Made by a program: the position numbers and the translations under genes | The notes under the pieces: model-generated | What the model saw: the letters and a program-made list of their open reading frames with translations, nothing else | Databases searched by the model: none | What the model was told of the DNA's origin: nothing | Shown here: piece after piece, positions 37,641-50,886 of the stretch | Numbering within the stretch: position 1 is the stretch's first letter | Layout of the letters: each line of letters begins with the position of its first letter | From: Stegostoma tigrinum | Lineage: Eukaryota | Direction of reading: 5' to 3' | Assembly (NCBI RefSeq): GCF_030684315.1 | Contig: NC_081384.1 | Location: 18,700,818 to 18,764,817, forward strand | Length of the DNA: 64,000 nucleotides

Positions 37641-40600
37641 ACTCCATTTGATTTAGACCCTTTCCCATTTCCCTGGCTCTCCCTCAGCTTTGAGGCTTGC
37701 ATTGCCCTTAACGGATTTTACCTGTAAATACATCAATTAGAAATGCAGGTGATTTTCTGAATGTGGTTAATAGATGAAAAAAAAATCTGTGGGAATTTGG
37801 TGAGGGGAACAAAAACATTCAGTTGTTTGTAAGAGCTCTTCTGGATAAAGAAAAAAGAAAACTAAAGTGCATGGGGGGGTGTTTGACACTTTTGTGGTAG
37901 TGTAGTGGCAGTGTCCCCAGTCTTTGAGCCATGAATGCCTCAGTTCAAATCCCACCCGATCTAGAGGCATATACTGAACAGGTTGAATAGGAAAATATGT
38001 AAAAATATGTTAGAAGCATATGACCATTAGAAATAAACACCATTTAACAGTACAAACTACTGTGACTCAATCTTACCAGAAGTTGATGAAGTGTCAGTTT
38101 TGTCAAGTTTCATAAGTTGGTATCTCACTGAGGAGGCTAGTGAATTTCACCAATGATTGTCCCAAACCTGCCTCAGTAGACAACTACCATGGCCCCTCAC
38201 TAGCATAATTCTCCAACTTACTCCTACCAAAGGTACCCACAAGGTCTCTTCATACAGTCCAAGGAGAGAATTTTGGCCCTGGTAGGCATTGAGTCAGACC
38301 CCTTGTGAGAATACATAAACCTCCACATTCTTTTGCCAATCAAGCATTATTATGCTACCTTCCCATTTCCCCCACTGTGAATGTCCTCCCCTTGATTGGA
38401 ACACTTTCTTTCTTTTGCCTTCTGTGGGTACAAGCTACAAGTTGACAGCCTCTGTTCTCAACAGGGCAGCTGCTCAAGACATTCTGCCTTCCTCCTCGAA
38501 TAAAGAGAGCACAGATGCCTCAGAAGAACAGCTGGCTGGGCTTGCTCTTCATTCACCCACCAGCACTGTTAAGAACATTTGAGAAATGTGGATATTCTGA
38601 CAAGAGGAGGTTGTTATGTTGATACCTAGGTCTCTATTTTTGGCAAAACTACTCTGCAGTACTTCTGTTTAACTCCAGCCTGTCTCTCTCCTCATTTGCT
38701 GTGCAAATACTTTCGTGATCGGTAATTCTTCTCAAGTCAATCCATGTCAATGACACCATCATATGTACAGGACTGGTTGTACACGTGAGTAAAATTATTA
38801 GCCTTCCATTAACATACTTTCAGAAATGTATTTATTTTTAGGAAACTATTTCCACTCAGCATGTGTGATTGGAAAGGATTATCGGTACTTTATGAGTTTG
38901 ATTACAAATAAGTCAGAATTTTCTATTCCAGCTTGGACCATTGGGCCATTCCATCTTAGATCATCTCATGCAGCATTATTCATTTACAAAAGCAAGAAAT
39001 AAACATTATTAGCAATTACCAATGTGACAAAGATTATATGTTTGAACATAGGGCTTGCAGATTGACAAAGTAAACATGACCAATTTCTGCTAGCACTAAT
39101 TATGATAAAAATGTTACCATAAACCACAGGATTTACAGATCAATATCTTAAAATTTTCTTGTTTACTTGAAATGTCAGCATTATTTGTCAACAAACTGTC
39201 ATGCTTGTCCAATCAGGCTTGAACTTTCTAAACATGTTAAAAAAGACTGTACAAATGATCAATTTTAATGTGACACATTAGAACAAATTGACAAAACAAT
39301 TAAAGGCTATATATCTTCAAAGTGTTTCATCTGTGTTGCATATTGCTTGTAACATCAAATCACAGAATCATCTCAGTTTCTCTACACAATGATATACAAT
39401 TATATCGGTAATGTTCCCAACATTGTCAAAGTAGAGCAATATTCTTGATCAGCATTTCCTTTTGAAAATATTCATGATATTCATTGCAGCAGTTTCTCAG
39501 TTATTGGGAGAGAGGAATATCCTCTGCTCATGGAAACAGACCAAACTTCATATTCCTTTTGAATCATATTAGACCATAAAAATCGGAATCAGTAATTTAG
39601 CCTCTCAAGTCTGCTCCACCATTCAATGAGATCAGAATTGCCATTTGAAAAAGACACTTCCAAACCTCTATCACCCTTTCACATAGACGTTTTTCCTTAC
39701 CTCTCTCCTGAAAGGACCTGCTTTGAATATTTAGGCTCAATGCCCCAGTTCTGGATTCCCAAACCAGGAGAAATCATTTTCTTTGCTAATCGGTTCCCCA
39801 TAATATCTCCAATGAAATCTCCTTTGAAACTTCTAATTTCCAAATTCAAGACTTATGACCCTAACTTGTTTAGTCCTGCCGTTTAATACAACCCTTGTGT
39901 GTCCAGATGGAGTTCTAGTAAATCTACTTTGCACTCCCTCAAAAGCTAACATACTGTGCATAAAGTTGGTGCCACCCTGTCTCAGAAACACAGTGTCCAA
40001 CTGAGGCTTTGCATAGCTGCAGCACAAAGAAAAACCTCTTGTGTTCTAGCTTTGAGTTATTAAGGCTAGTGCTATTCTGAGACCATCATTCAATGGGCAT
40101 ATCAGTTTATGATTAGATGCTTTGCTGTACAGGGCATGGTATTCCTGCCTTGAAGTCAGAAGCTCTGGGTTAAAATTCAATCTGAAGACTTGAAGGCCAA
40201 TGATGGTGTATTCACAATGTGGCCGGAAAAGTTGAAGATGACCCTGTAACGTCTTTCAATACTTCAAAAAGAAAGTTAACAAAATTGGGAGTGAATTCTC
40301 TTCAGCATTTGCTCAGGCCAAGTCTCACACAGGGACTTAATGACCAAAAGGAAGTTGGATTGTAATGGAGCATGAAAGATTTTGTACCAATCTGCAAGAC
40401 GTTCCAGTGGCAGGCAATAAAAGCAGGCAAGATTCCTGTTCCGCCATATTATGGAAGGAAAATTACCATCTCCATGTCATGATACTTGACTCTGGGCTAC
40501 AGTATATCTTGAAAAGTGTGTTCCCATAACAATACTCACTCTTGGATAATGTTATTTTTTCGGGGTGGAGAGAGAGAACGGATTATCTCAGTTGGTGAGG

Positions 40601-41443
40601 ATCAAAGCAGTCCCAATACCACAATGCTTGATCCCAATCCTGCTTGGGGTGGAGTCAGGTCATGAGCTTACTCCTACTGAGTGTTGGAGATTGTCGCAAC
40701 ATGAGACAGACATATCTTCAGTCAAAAAAATTGAAAAAGAGCAGGCAAACAATCTGCTGTGCCAGTTTTCCATTGAATTGATGAAGGTGAGATAAATTTT
40801 TGAAGGAGTAATTTGTGTGAGGCTGTAGGGTTTGGATAATGAAGAAAGTATATTCTCCAACATTATCTCTCTTTATTTCAGATTAGCAGCACCTGCAGTC
40901 TTTTGCCTTGATATTGATAAATGCCAAGATCTGAAATATTGTTTCTATCTTAAAAGATGGAGGTTCCTAGACTGTTACTCTGGATGTATTTTCTTCTTGT
41001 TAGTGACAGTGAGATAATGGTAGCCTTGTAGAAAATAATAAAGGAAACCGCAGAATCAAATTTACAGAGTGTTCCTTGAAGAGACAATCCTATACAGATG
41101 TTTTCGATTGTTAATTCCACTGCTGTACTGTCTAGCCAGATACGACCTGTATATTATGAACTGCTTCAGTCCTACCCATTAACCAACTCCAGCAACATAA
41201 CTGTTACTAACTGAATTATATTATGCAGCGGCTTTGACAAAACAAAGACAAGAATATTTTCAATAAATTTCAAAGTATATTTTTGGACACGTTGATTTCT
41301 GAACTTAACTCCACTTATTCTCCACGATCTCAATTTGCTTGGGCTGTTTAGTTAATTTCCTTTCCATATCAAGTTGAATTAAACTCAAGAGACATCAAAT
41401 GAACAAGCTTTCAAGAATAGAGGATATGTAGCTAATGGACCAA

Positions 41444-42511
41444 TTATGAATCATTTTTGTGCAGAAGAGGTGAGAGATCCGCAGGAATTCCAATCCATTG
41501 AGGTAAGAAAGCAGCCTCATATTTAAACACTTTTAGAAAAGGAGACTCAGGTAAAGTAAAGTTTGTGAGATAAATTGTCTCCCCACCTGCCAAGTAGCCA
41601 GCCCAGAAACCAAACGTTCCAATTGTCATTATTGTGTGGTTACAATGTGCAAGAATAGAAAAGTCAAAAGCCACAGTGGCCTGCTTTGGATCATCTGAAA
41701 AGTAAACATCTCCTTTGGAGTTATTAATGTTTTGCTTACACCAGTCCATTCCATTGCTTGTCACTGCAAAAACCACATTTTTGTATTTATTTCTGAAGTA
41801 GGCCATTGCTGTGTCTAAATATTTCTTATCAGCTATAACTCCTTTCCAAACATTTGGCATGACATGGACATAATCTCCCCTTCGAACATGAACACCAACA
41901 TAAGTCACATTCTTTCGCTCACCTCTAATGCGTCTGAGGAATATATCAGTCTGTTCTACGATAAAATCATGCAAAGTAAACTCACGAAGAATTTCTGACC
42001 GGATGTGATGGTAGAAAGTCCAGGAACATGGGTATCCTGAGAGCCGGACATAATCTCCTTCTATACTACGGTACGTATCCTCCATCCAGTCATGGAGTGG
42101 ATAATTCTTCCATTTTATTGCCTTTATCACACTGTCATGGAGGGTTGGAAGAGTAATTTTGAAGATAGGGGCCAGGTAATTGGCCATGGAAGGTAAAATA
42201 TATGCCTGATGGCCATTCAATTTTGCCAATGCATATAGTGTTGCATACTCCCCCATCTGGTTGCCAAGTCGTCCAATGGAGTTAATTGTCCAAAATCCCT
42301 TTGAAGAAATCATCGCCTGTGCAGAGCCATTTTCTGTTCCAAATTCCAATGAAGTGGTTGCATTTTTAAAAGGTTGGAAATAATTGGAAATTAGGCCATA
42401 TTTTAACTGATATTTATATATGACAGAAACTGTCATTATGAAAAGAAACAAAGATGTAAAGGCCAGCACTTTCACGACTGGACAAGCACAAGCTTTCATC
42501 AAATGAACCAT
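41444..42511 (-). CDS. FUT2: Galactoside alpha-(1,2)-fucosyltransferase, GT11 family (FUT1/FUT2/SEC1-like), 355 aa, single coding exon
   Basis: Intact ORF with an N-terminal TM anchor (type II Golgi protein). Motifs GRLGNQMGEYATL, GYPCSWTFYHH, YVGVHVRRGDY (GDP-fucose binding), CNHTIMTIGTFGFWAGYLAGG and EAAFLPQWIGIPADLSPL. Exact orthology among FUT1/FUT2/SEC1 cannot be fixed by eye. Confidence 0.95.
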   Translation of the reverse strand: MVHLMKACACPVVKVLAFTSLFLFIMTVSVIYKYQLKYGLISNYFQPFKNATTSLEFGTENGSAQAMISSKGFWTINSIGRLGNQMGEYATLYALAKLNGHQAYILPSMANYLAPIFKITLPTLHDSVIKAIKWKNYPLHDWMEDTYRSIEGDYVRLSGYPCSWTFYHHIRSEILREFTLHDFIVEQTDIFLRRIRGERKNVTYVGVHVRRGDYVHVMPNVWKGVIADKKYLDTAMAYFRNKYKNVVFAVTSNGMDWCKQNINNSKGDVYFSDDPKQATVAFDFSILAHCNHTIMTIGTFGFWAGYLAGGETIYLTNFTLPESPFLKVFKYEAAFLPQWIGIPADLSPLLHKNDS

Positions 42512-43959
42512 ATCCAGAGTCTCTTCACCTTATGATTAGAAGTTCACGATTTCCTGAAGTGGAGTTTCTGAAAATCCAGAAATTGCTTGTTAATATTACA
42601 ACAATGATGAAGGATAAGTTTCGAAATATTGCTGTAGGATTATTTATTTTGCAAAGGCCCTCTTGAGAAATGAGTATGATGCATTTTTGATAAAACAGAG
42701 GGCATAACAACTTAGTGCAAATGGATATAAAGTAACAAGATAGATATGGGACAAAAATGTAGCTTCACAGTTGGCATGTGGAGACTTGGGGAGAACCATT
42801 TAATTGTTAGATGTTACAGGCCTTACACTGTTTCAGGTTTGATTAATTTGATAACAGAGACTTTCTATTGAACGGAATCAGTTTTCTCCTCTATTTGCTG
42901 AAAGGTGAAGAGCAAGAAGTAAGCAAATGTACCATCCAGTGGAGGGTTTTCCAATGGAGAACATGGCTTTGTGCCTTTAATGGTCCCTCTACAGGTGTAG
43001 AGTAATGAACAGAAGTGATAGTGTCATGGCAAGAGCTCCCACTTTGTTGATGCCTCACTCGACCAAGAAATTAGTTACAGCGAATGCTTTCTATCTTGAC
43101 AGCACCCATGAAGCTTATACCTTTGCACCAGCTTTTCTTACAAGCAACCTTCAGGCCTCCTTTTTATATACTCATAGAAGCTTTTAGTGTGGGATTTTGT
43201 ATTTCTTGATCAGTTCATCTCATTTTCCAAATTCTCCTTTTTTTAAATTTACCCATTGCTGATTTTTAACATGTTTCTGATGTCCTGACTATGTATGAAA
43301 CTTTGCGGTGTTATTCATCTTCTCTTTCAATTTAATACCATCCTCAATTACTTTCTTTACCCCCAAATGGTGTAACCATTTTGTTGAATGCAAGTTTCTC
43401 AAAGGAATTGACAGTTTTGAAATAGCTTCTGAAATGTCTACCATCACTTCTCTGTCTTGGTTTCTATTTTGCCTGTCAACTGGTAAACCAAATTCCAAGG
43501 GGATGATCGAACATCCATGTTCAGCTAAAGCAGTCAGGAAAGCATCAGCTTTAAAGAAAAAAATACCATATGTTTTGTGCAACGATGACTGGAAGGGCAA
43601 GTGACTTGTCAGAATATAAAGGACAGCAGAGAATGGCTGAAAGGTTACTGTGGACTAATAAATTCGAGCATGAGGGAAAGCTCGCTGAAACCAGATAGCA
43701 GGAGTTTCCATGGATAGCAGAAAGCAAAAGTACAAGCAAAGTGAGTTTTGGTCATTTTGAGGGTGAGATTCGTGAGTTGGTAATTGAGTTTAAAGAAGTA
43801 GCAGATTGACTGAATAAATATTTTTGCTTTTTTTTTATTCTAGATAGTGCAAGAAAAAAGTCCAGGAAGAACTGCAAAACAGGAGCTGGAAGAAAGAAAA
43901 CTACATGGTAAAACTGAGAATAGACCCCTTTAAAATCAACAAGGTTATGTGTGTGTGGA

Positions 43960-46280
43960 AACACCATAGATGGGAGAGATACTAAGGGGATATTTCATGT
44001 GAGCATTTACCGTGAAGAAAGAAATGAAGGCTAGTGAGCTTGAGGAAATACGCATTGATCTTTCAAAAATAGTCCACATGAAGAACAGGAGGTGCCTCAG
44101 GTCTTAAAATCTATAACGGTGGATAAATCTTTGGCACCTGATCAAATGTATCCCAAGGTGCTGTGGGAAGCTAGAGAAAAAATTTCAAGGCCCCAAACGG
44201 AGATATTATATTATCTACAGCCATGGTTGAGACACCAGAAGACTGGAAGGTGGCTAATGTTGTGCCTTTGTTTTAGAAAAGCTGCAAGGTGAAATCTGGG
44301 AACAATAGGCTGGTGAATCTGATCTCAGTGGTGGCTAAGTTGTTAGACAGGATTCTGAGAGATAAGTTGTACGTTGCATTTGAAGAGGCAAGGACTGATG
44401 AGGCATAGTCAGCATGGCCTTATGCCTGGGAGATGGCATCTCATGAACTTTATTGAATTTCTTGAAGATATGTCCAAAAATAAAGATGAGGGCATAGGAG
44501 TAGACGTTGTCTACATTGACCTTAATAAAGCCTTTGACATGGTTCCACATGATGGTCTGGTCAGTAAAGAGATAATAGGAACGGCAGTTGCTGGAGAATC
44601 TGAGACAACAAAGTGTAGAAGAAGTTACCCTCTGCCCTCCAGACAAACCTCAGGGGATCTCTCGCCCACTGCAACTCTCTTGTAATGTCTTCGGCCTTGA
44701 AACTGCTCGACCATGTCCTGGAGCAAACCAGGTACTACAGCCACATCACGTTTCTTCGTACCTGCCTATGGAACCAGATCATTCCCAATGGACTACAGTC
44801 CACATTCAAGCCTTCCCAATTTATCCCCAACAGTGGTTTACCATCCCCCCCAGACCTCCCCCTGACTGAGGATGAATGGTCAGTCCTCAGTAAGGGGCTC
44901 ACCTTGGTCCTGCTCCACCCACACATCAACGAATACCGGTCAGGTTTGTTCATTGAGCAGTTTTTCTGCCGCATCCACCTACATATCTTCTCCTCTATCC
45001 ATCTTCGATCTGCCTCCCCCTCTCTCCCTATTTATTTCAGAATCCTCTCCCCCTCTCCCATTTCTGAAGAAGGGTCTAGGCCTGAAACGTCAGCTCTTCT
45101 GCTCCTAAGATGCTGCTTGGCCTGCTGTGTTCATCCAGCTCGACACTTTGTGGTCTGGTCAGTGAAGTTAGGTCACATGGGATTCAGGGAAAGCTTTCTC
45201 ATTGGACACCAAGTTGGCTTGATGGTAGGAGACAGAGTGCAATGGTGGAGCATTGCCTTTTGGGACTTGAGAGCTGTGACCAGCGGTGTTCCACAGGGTC
45301 TGGTGCTGCACCCAATGTTGTTTGTCATTTATATAAGTGGAAGAGAATTTTGGAGGCATGTTTCATAGTACCTGAATGATTAAGTAATGGGTGGTAAAGT
45401 GGACAGTGAAGAAGGTTATCTAATATTGCAAAGAGATCTTGATCCTTTGAGCCAATAGTCTGAGGAGCAGCAGATGGAGTTAAATTCAGATAAATGTGAG
45501 GTATTGCATTTTGGTCAGCAAAAAAGAACAAGATTTGTACATTTAATGACGTAGCCTTGTGTAGTTTTGTCAAACAGAGAGATCTAGGTGTTCAGGTACA
45601 TAGTTCTTTGAAAGTTGCATCACAGGTAGACAGGGTGGTGAAGTAGCCAATGAGCACGCTTGCCTTCATTGTTCAGATCATTGAGTATAGGAGTCGGGAC
45701 GTCATGTTGATGTTGTACAGAGCGTCGATGGGGCCACTTCTGGAATACTGTGTACAGTTCTCATCACCCTGCTAGAGGAAGGGTTTTCTTAAACTGGAGA
45801 GGTTTCAGACAGATTTGTTGGGATATGTGCCAAGAATGGAGGTTTTTAGTTATAAGGAGAGGCGAAATAGACTGGAACTTTTTCCACAGGGGCTTTAGGC
45901 ATTGATGTGTGATCTTATAAAAGTTTATAAATCATGAGGGCTATAGATAACATGATTAGTCAAGGCCAGTAACTCAGTGTGGTGAGTTCAATACGAGAGG
46001 GCGTATTTTTAAGGTGAGAGGAGGAAATATAAAGGGGACATTAGGGGAAACTTTTGCACACAGAGGGTTGTTTATGTGTGGAATGACTGCCAGAGATAAT
46101 GGTAGATGTGGGTAAAATTACAACATTTCAAAGACATTTGGGCAGGTACATGAATGGGAAAGGTTTAGAGGGATAAGGGCTAAATGCAGGAAAGTGGGAC
46201 GAGTTTAGTTTAGGAAACTTGGTCGGTGTGGATGAGTTGGATCAAACAGTCTGTTCCTCTGCTCTATGACTCTGTGACTC
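43960..46280 (+). mobile_element. CR1/HER1-like LINE, disrupted, containing a nested Penelope insert
   Basis: Encodes MRHSQHGL...VDVVYIDLNKAFDMVPHDGL and VTSGVPQGLVL.PMLFVIYI. 3' tail ctctatgactctgtgactct. Confidence 0.88.
44570..45150 (+). mobile_element. Internally deleted Penelope-like element with inverted terminal piece, nested in a CR1 LINE
   Basis: 17-bp TSD tggtctggtcagt(a/g)aag at 44553-44569 and 45151-45167. Hammerhead core CTGAAGA-AGGGTCTAGGCCT-GAAACGTC at 45064-45091. Confidence 0.78.
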
Positions 46281-46289
46281 TGCATCTAT

Positions 46290-47680
46290 AAATTAATGGA
46301 GTTGCGGGTTGATAATTCACCAGGTCCAGATTGACTTCATCCAGTGTCTTAAAAGCAATGGTTAATGAGGTCATACATGCTTTTGGGTTGATTTTATTAA
46401 ATTCTTTAGATTCAGACATGATTCATTAAGAGTGAATGTAGCAAACATAAACTTCCTGTTCAAGAAGGAGGGCGGCAGAAAGCAGGAAACTACAGGCCAG
46501 TTAGCCGATGTCTTTGGTGGGGAAAGTGCTAGATTTGCTCATTAAAAGCTCACTGGAAAAGCTGAAGCAATCAGGAAGAATCTTCATGTGTGAAAGGAAT
46601 ATTGTGTTTCACCAATTGTGAGTCTTTGCAACAGTGACAAGCACTGTGAATAAAAGCAAGCTGTCAGATAAGCCATACTTAGATTTCCAGAGAGCACTGG
46701 ACACAGTGCTCCATGAGAGATTATTGTGGAGAGTTGGAGCTCATAGTGTGGGGAGTAACATAGCAGTAAAGATGGAAGATTGGTTGACTGGCAGGAAATA
46801 AAGTGCATTTGTAAGTGAGTCTTTCTGATTAGCAATGCAATGAGTGGAGTCCTATAGGGATCTATGTAGGCACTCAAACCTTTTACAATACATTGGATTG
46901 GCTTAGACGAGTAGATGAAAGGGATGACAGTAAATTTGCTGATTACACAGATGAGATCAGAAAGTGTGTTATGAAGATAACAAAGTAAGTACTGACACAG
47001 ATAGGTTAAACGAGCGAGCATAAATCTGTCCGACTGAGTATAGGGAGGGCTAACGAGAAGTTGTTCACTGTTGCAGGAGGAATGGAAAAACAGAATATTA
47101 AATAAATGGAAATTGACTTCAGTATTCTAAACTGAAGAGGTGTTTACATGTTCTAGTTCCTGAATCACAAAATGCTAATGTGCAGATAAAGCGAGTGATC
47201 AAGAAAACTAATAGAATGCTATACTTTATTGCAAGAAGTATTGGACAGCAATGTTAAGGTGTTGATCTTCAGTGAGACAGAGCATTGCTGACAGTACATC
47301 CCAAATACTCTATTTTTATTCTTCTTTTGTAACAAAGCACTTAAATGCCAAAAAGGTAATTCAGAGACTCTTTACCAGGTTGGTACTTGGAATAGCAGCT
47401 CTCTTACGGGCAAACATTAAACAGCTTGTGCTTCTTCTCTTTCTGGAGTTTAAAAGAGCGAAACATTTCGTCTTGTCAGTGAGTACAGAGCTAGAGGGCA
47501 CTGTTTTGAAATAAGGGGTCACTCGTTCTCGACATTGACAAGAGGCATTTCTTTTCCAGAAGGCTGTGGGACCGTGGAAATCTTGACCTCAGAAAGTGGA
47601 GGAAACAAGGCCAGTGAAGATTTTTAAAGCCATGGTTGGTACATTATTGCTCAGTAAGTGAATCAAAGACTGTTTAATCA
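46290..47680 (+). mobile_element. Old degenerate CR1-clade LINE remnant
   Basis: Recognisable pieces ggaaactacaggccagttagcc (GNYRPVS) and aaatttgctgat (KFAD), with many stops. Confidence 0.6.
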
Positions 47681-48387
47681 TCCAGGAAAATTGGGCGGGT
47701 CCCATTAACTTCCTGTCTTGACCCTTGTAGGCAGTGGACAGGTTCTGTAGAGTCACGAGATAGGTTATTCACTGTAGTTTTGCTAGGTCACTAATCTCCT
47801 CTTGTCGCCGCTGTATACATCCAGTTCAGTTTCTGGTCGATGGTATCCTCCAATTGTTGATAGTGGGAGTTCAGTGATGTTAACATCATTGAATGTTAAA
47901 GGATGGTAGTTGGATTATCACATATTGCAGACAGTCTTTGCCTGGCATTTTTATGGCATGAATATTACATTTTACTTTTCCAAATCCGAATATTGTCCAG
48001 ATCAATTTACAGGGTGACCCTGACTGCTTCAGAATTTGAAGAGTCGTGAATGATGTTGAACATTGTACAATCATTCGTAAATGTTCTCACTTCTGACTTT
48101 ATGATGATGAAGCTCCTGAAGATGGATAGATTGAGGCCATACACTGAAGAAGTACTGAAGCAATGGCCGAGGGCTGAGATGACTGATCTCCAACAGCCAC
48201 GACCCTCTTCCTACATGCCAGGTTGTCTGCAACCAGTGGAGATTTTCCCCTGATTCCCATTTTGCTGGGGTTCTTTGGTGGTACTTTCAGTCAAATGTAG
48301 CCTTAATGTCAATGGTAATCACTGTCACTCCCTCTCTGGAATCCAGCTCTTTTGTCCATGTTTGAATCAACACTGTAATGAGGTCAG

Positions 48388-48658
48388 AGATAATAAGAAC
48401 TGCTGATTCTGGAGTCAGAGATAACACGGTATGGAGCTGGAAGGACATTTTCATTTTCTGAAAGAACAAGGTGTGGAGCTGGATGAACATACCAGGCCAG
48501 GCAGCGTCAGAAGAGCAGGAAAGATGACATTTCAGGTCTGGACCCTTCTTCAGAAATTCATTTTATGAAGGAGGGTCCCAACCCGAAACATCAACTTTCC
48601 TGCTCCTCTGATGATACCTGACCTGCTGTGTTCCTCCAGCTCTACACTGTGTTATCTA
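48388..48658. mobile_element. Fold-back Penelope-derived element
   Basis: 14-bp TSD tgtaatgaggtcag at 48374-48387 and 48659-48672. Inverted arms enclose two opposed, partly degenerate hammerhead cores (~48525-48595). Confidence 0.78.
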
Positions 48659-50886
48659 TGTAATGAGGTCAGGTTTTGAGAGACGCTGGATAAACCCAAA
48701 CTGGGCATCACTGAGCAGGTTATTGCTGAGCAGGTGCTGCTTGAAAGCAATCCTAAACTGTGCTCCTAACTCATGCCTCCACCTTTTAACTCTCCGGTCT
48801 CGTGATCTGTGACTCTCTCTCTTGGAACCATGATGTCTCTGCTTCAGGACCACACTTCTCATGTGAAAGGTCAGATAGTATCTCTACTCTCACTGCACCA
48901 AATTCCTTCACTTACCAAATTCCCTGATTGAGGCACTCGGTGTCACTGCTTGTATTCTTCAGCTTTGTGCCACGTGCTTGCTGTTAAAACATTCCAATAC
49001 ACAAATGATTCCACTGACAAGATAAAGCTGTACTTATGCTCTGAAGAACCTCAGGAACAAAATTAATTGAAACTGCAAGCGTTAGATTTGTTCATGGACA
49101 GTAATACCATGACATGACATGTTTACAACGTCAATGCTAAATTGTTTGAAAATTGATGGGGGTGATGCTAAATTCTCAAAATTCTTTTATTCATTCACAG
49201 GATGAAGGAATCAAAAGCCAAGTCAGCATTTATTGCCTATCCCTAACGGCCCAGGGGGCATGGTGTAGGAGTCACATGTAGGCCAGATCAGTTCAGGATG
49301 GCACTTTCATTCCCTGAAGGACACAAATGAACCAGATGGGTTCTTCTGACAATCTATTCATGGTCATCATAAAGCTCTTAATTCCAGATTTCTATTGAAT
49401 TCAAATTCCAACATTCAGCCACAGTGGAGATTTGAAACTTGGTCCCTAGAACACTGCCCTCCCTAAAGATTATAAATAAGTCAAATAGGATTTTACAGCC
49501 ATCAACAGTGATTACATGACCTCTTCAAGGCCAGCTTTTTAAGCCCACAGCCAACACATTTTCACCTACATATGACCCCCATTGTCAGCTTTTCTTCTTT
49601 ACTGGCTTACCGAATACCCAGCCCCTTGTCTGCCTAACTGCCTTTCACTATCTCTGGGCTCCGACTCCATCTATCTGCTCACTCCTTCCCAACTTTACAC
49701 ACCACCCCACCTTCAGCAAATATACTAATCTCATCCTAGTTCTGAAGAAAGGTCACTGAACACAAATACTAACTCTGCCTTCTCTCCACAAATGCTGCCA
49801 GACCTGCTGAGTTTCTCCAGCAATTTCTGTTCTTACCACAGATTTTGAGCATCTGTAGTTCTTTGTGCCCAGGACATTAGACTGTGTCTCTGGAATACCA
49901 ACACAATGACAGTACCACTATGCCATGCCTTTTTCAATACCAACATTATGAATTGGCCCTGGAGCAATACATTGAGCTGGCAGCTTTCCGCTCTCTTAAT
50001 GGGACCATGTGGCTGGATCTTCATCAGTTTTACTGAAGTGGTTCAGTAAGGTAATTCACCACCAGTTTCTCCAGGGCAATTAGGGTTAGACATTAAATGC
50101 TGACTGTAATGGTCACATCTCATGAATAAAAAAATCTAAAGCTGAAAGAGTGAGAACGAAAGTCAATCTCTACAATCCTAAAATGAGTAAAGTTAAAGCA
50201 CTTGAACTCAAGACTGCAACATTGGTTCAGGACCATAGACTTCTCATTCAGTAACAGTATACCCAGCTCCCATTCCAGTTAGTGTCAGGATTCAATTGGA
50301 TGGGCGCAGAATTCTTGAACTGAAAAACATGATGGAAAACATTTCTCTCCCTTTTTCAACAGAAGCTGGAAATACATATCTCTAGACATATGACTATCCA
50401 TCAATAGGAAGCCTTCAGGAAAGGAAGGGAGAAATTGGCCCATGCTTTCTTTTGTAAAAAAATAACAGCCCAATATTATAAGAAGATTCTAAATGTAAGT
50501 CAGGCTAATGAATATTTAAAATGGACTGGAACAGGAAACATGATTTTAATAATGATTTGTAATAATGGGTTTACTTATTTGATGTCACAGAGTGCAGAAT
50601 CTGATTTTTATTGCAGGTCAAATTCCAAAATCTAATGATAAACGTTAACATTTGTCACATTGTAAAACTGCAAATTGGTAGTAATCGTAATAACTGCAGA
50701 ATGGCAAAAACAACATAGATGTTGAAGAAAGCACAGGAAAGTCTCAAGGCAGAATACATTGTTAGCAACAGGTAGAAATCTATCTGTCACAGTAAGGAAG
50801 GTATGACAGATATGAAAACGTTCACAGAGTTAAGGAGGAACTGAATTCTCAGAAAATATACCTATAGCCAATGTGAGAAAGAACAG

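Larger units (their letters stand above)
25890..39539 (+). repeat. Segmental tandem duplication, copy A (part alignable within the window)
   Basis: Colinear match to 49460-64000, e.g. tttacagccatcaacagtgattacatg at 25921 and ~49492; the window end at 64000 corresponds to 39539. Paired ORFs in the track include 26262/49833, 31107/55589 and 38352/62814. Confidence 0.97.

Noticed and set aside
44685-45368. 227-aa ORF
   Set aside because: Chance read-through of a deleted Penelope insert into the flanking CR1 RT; not a host gene.
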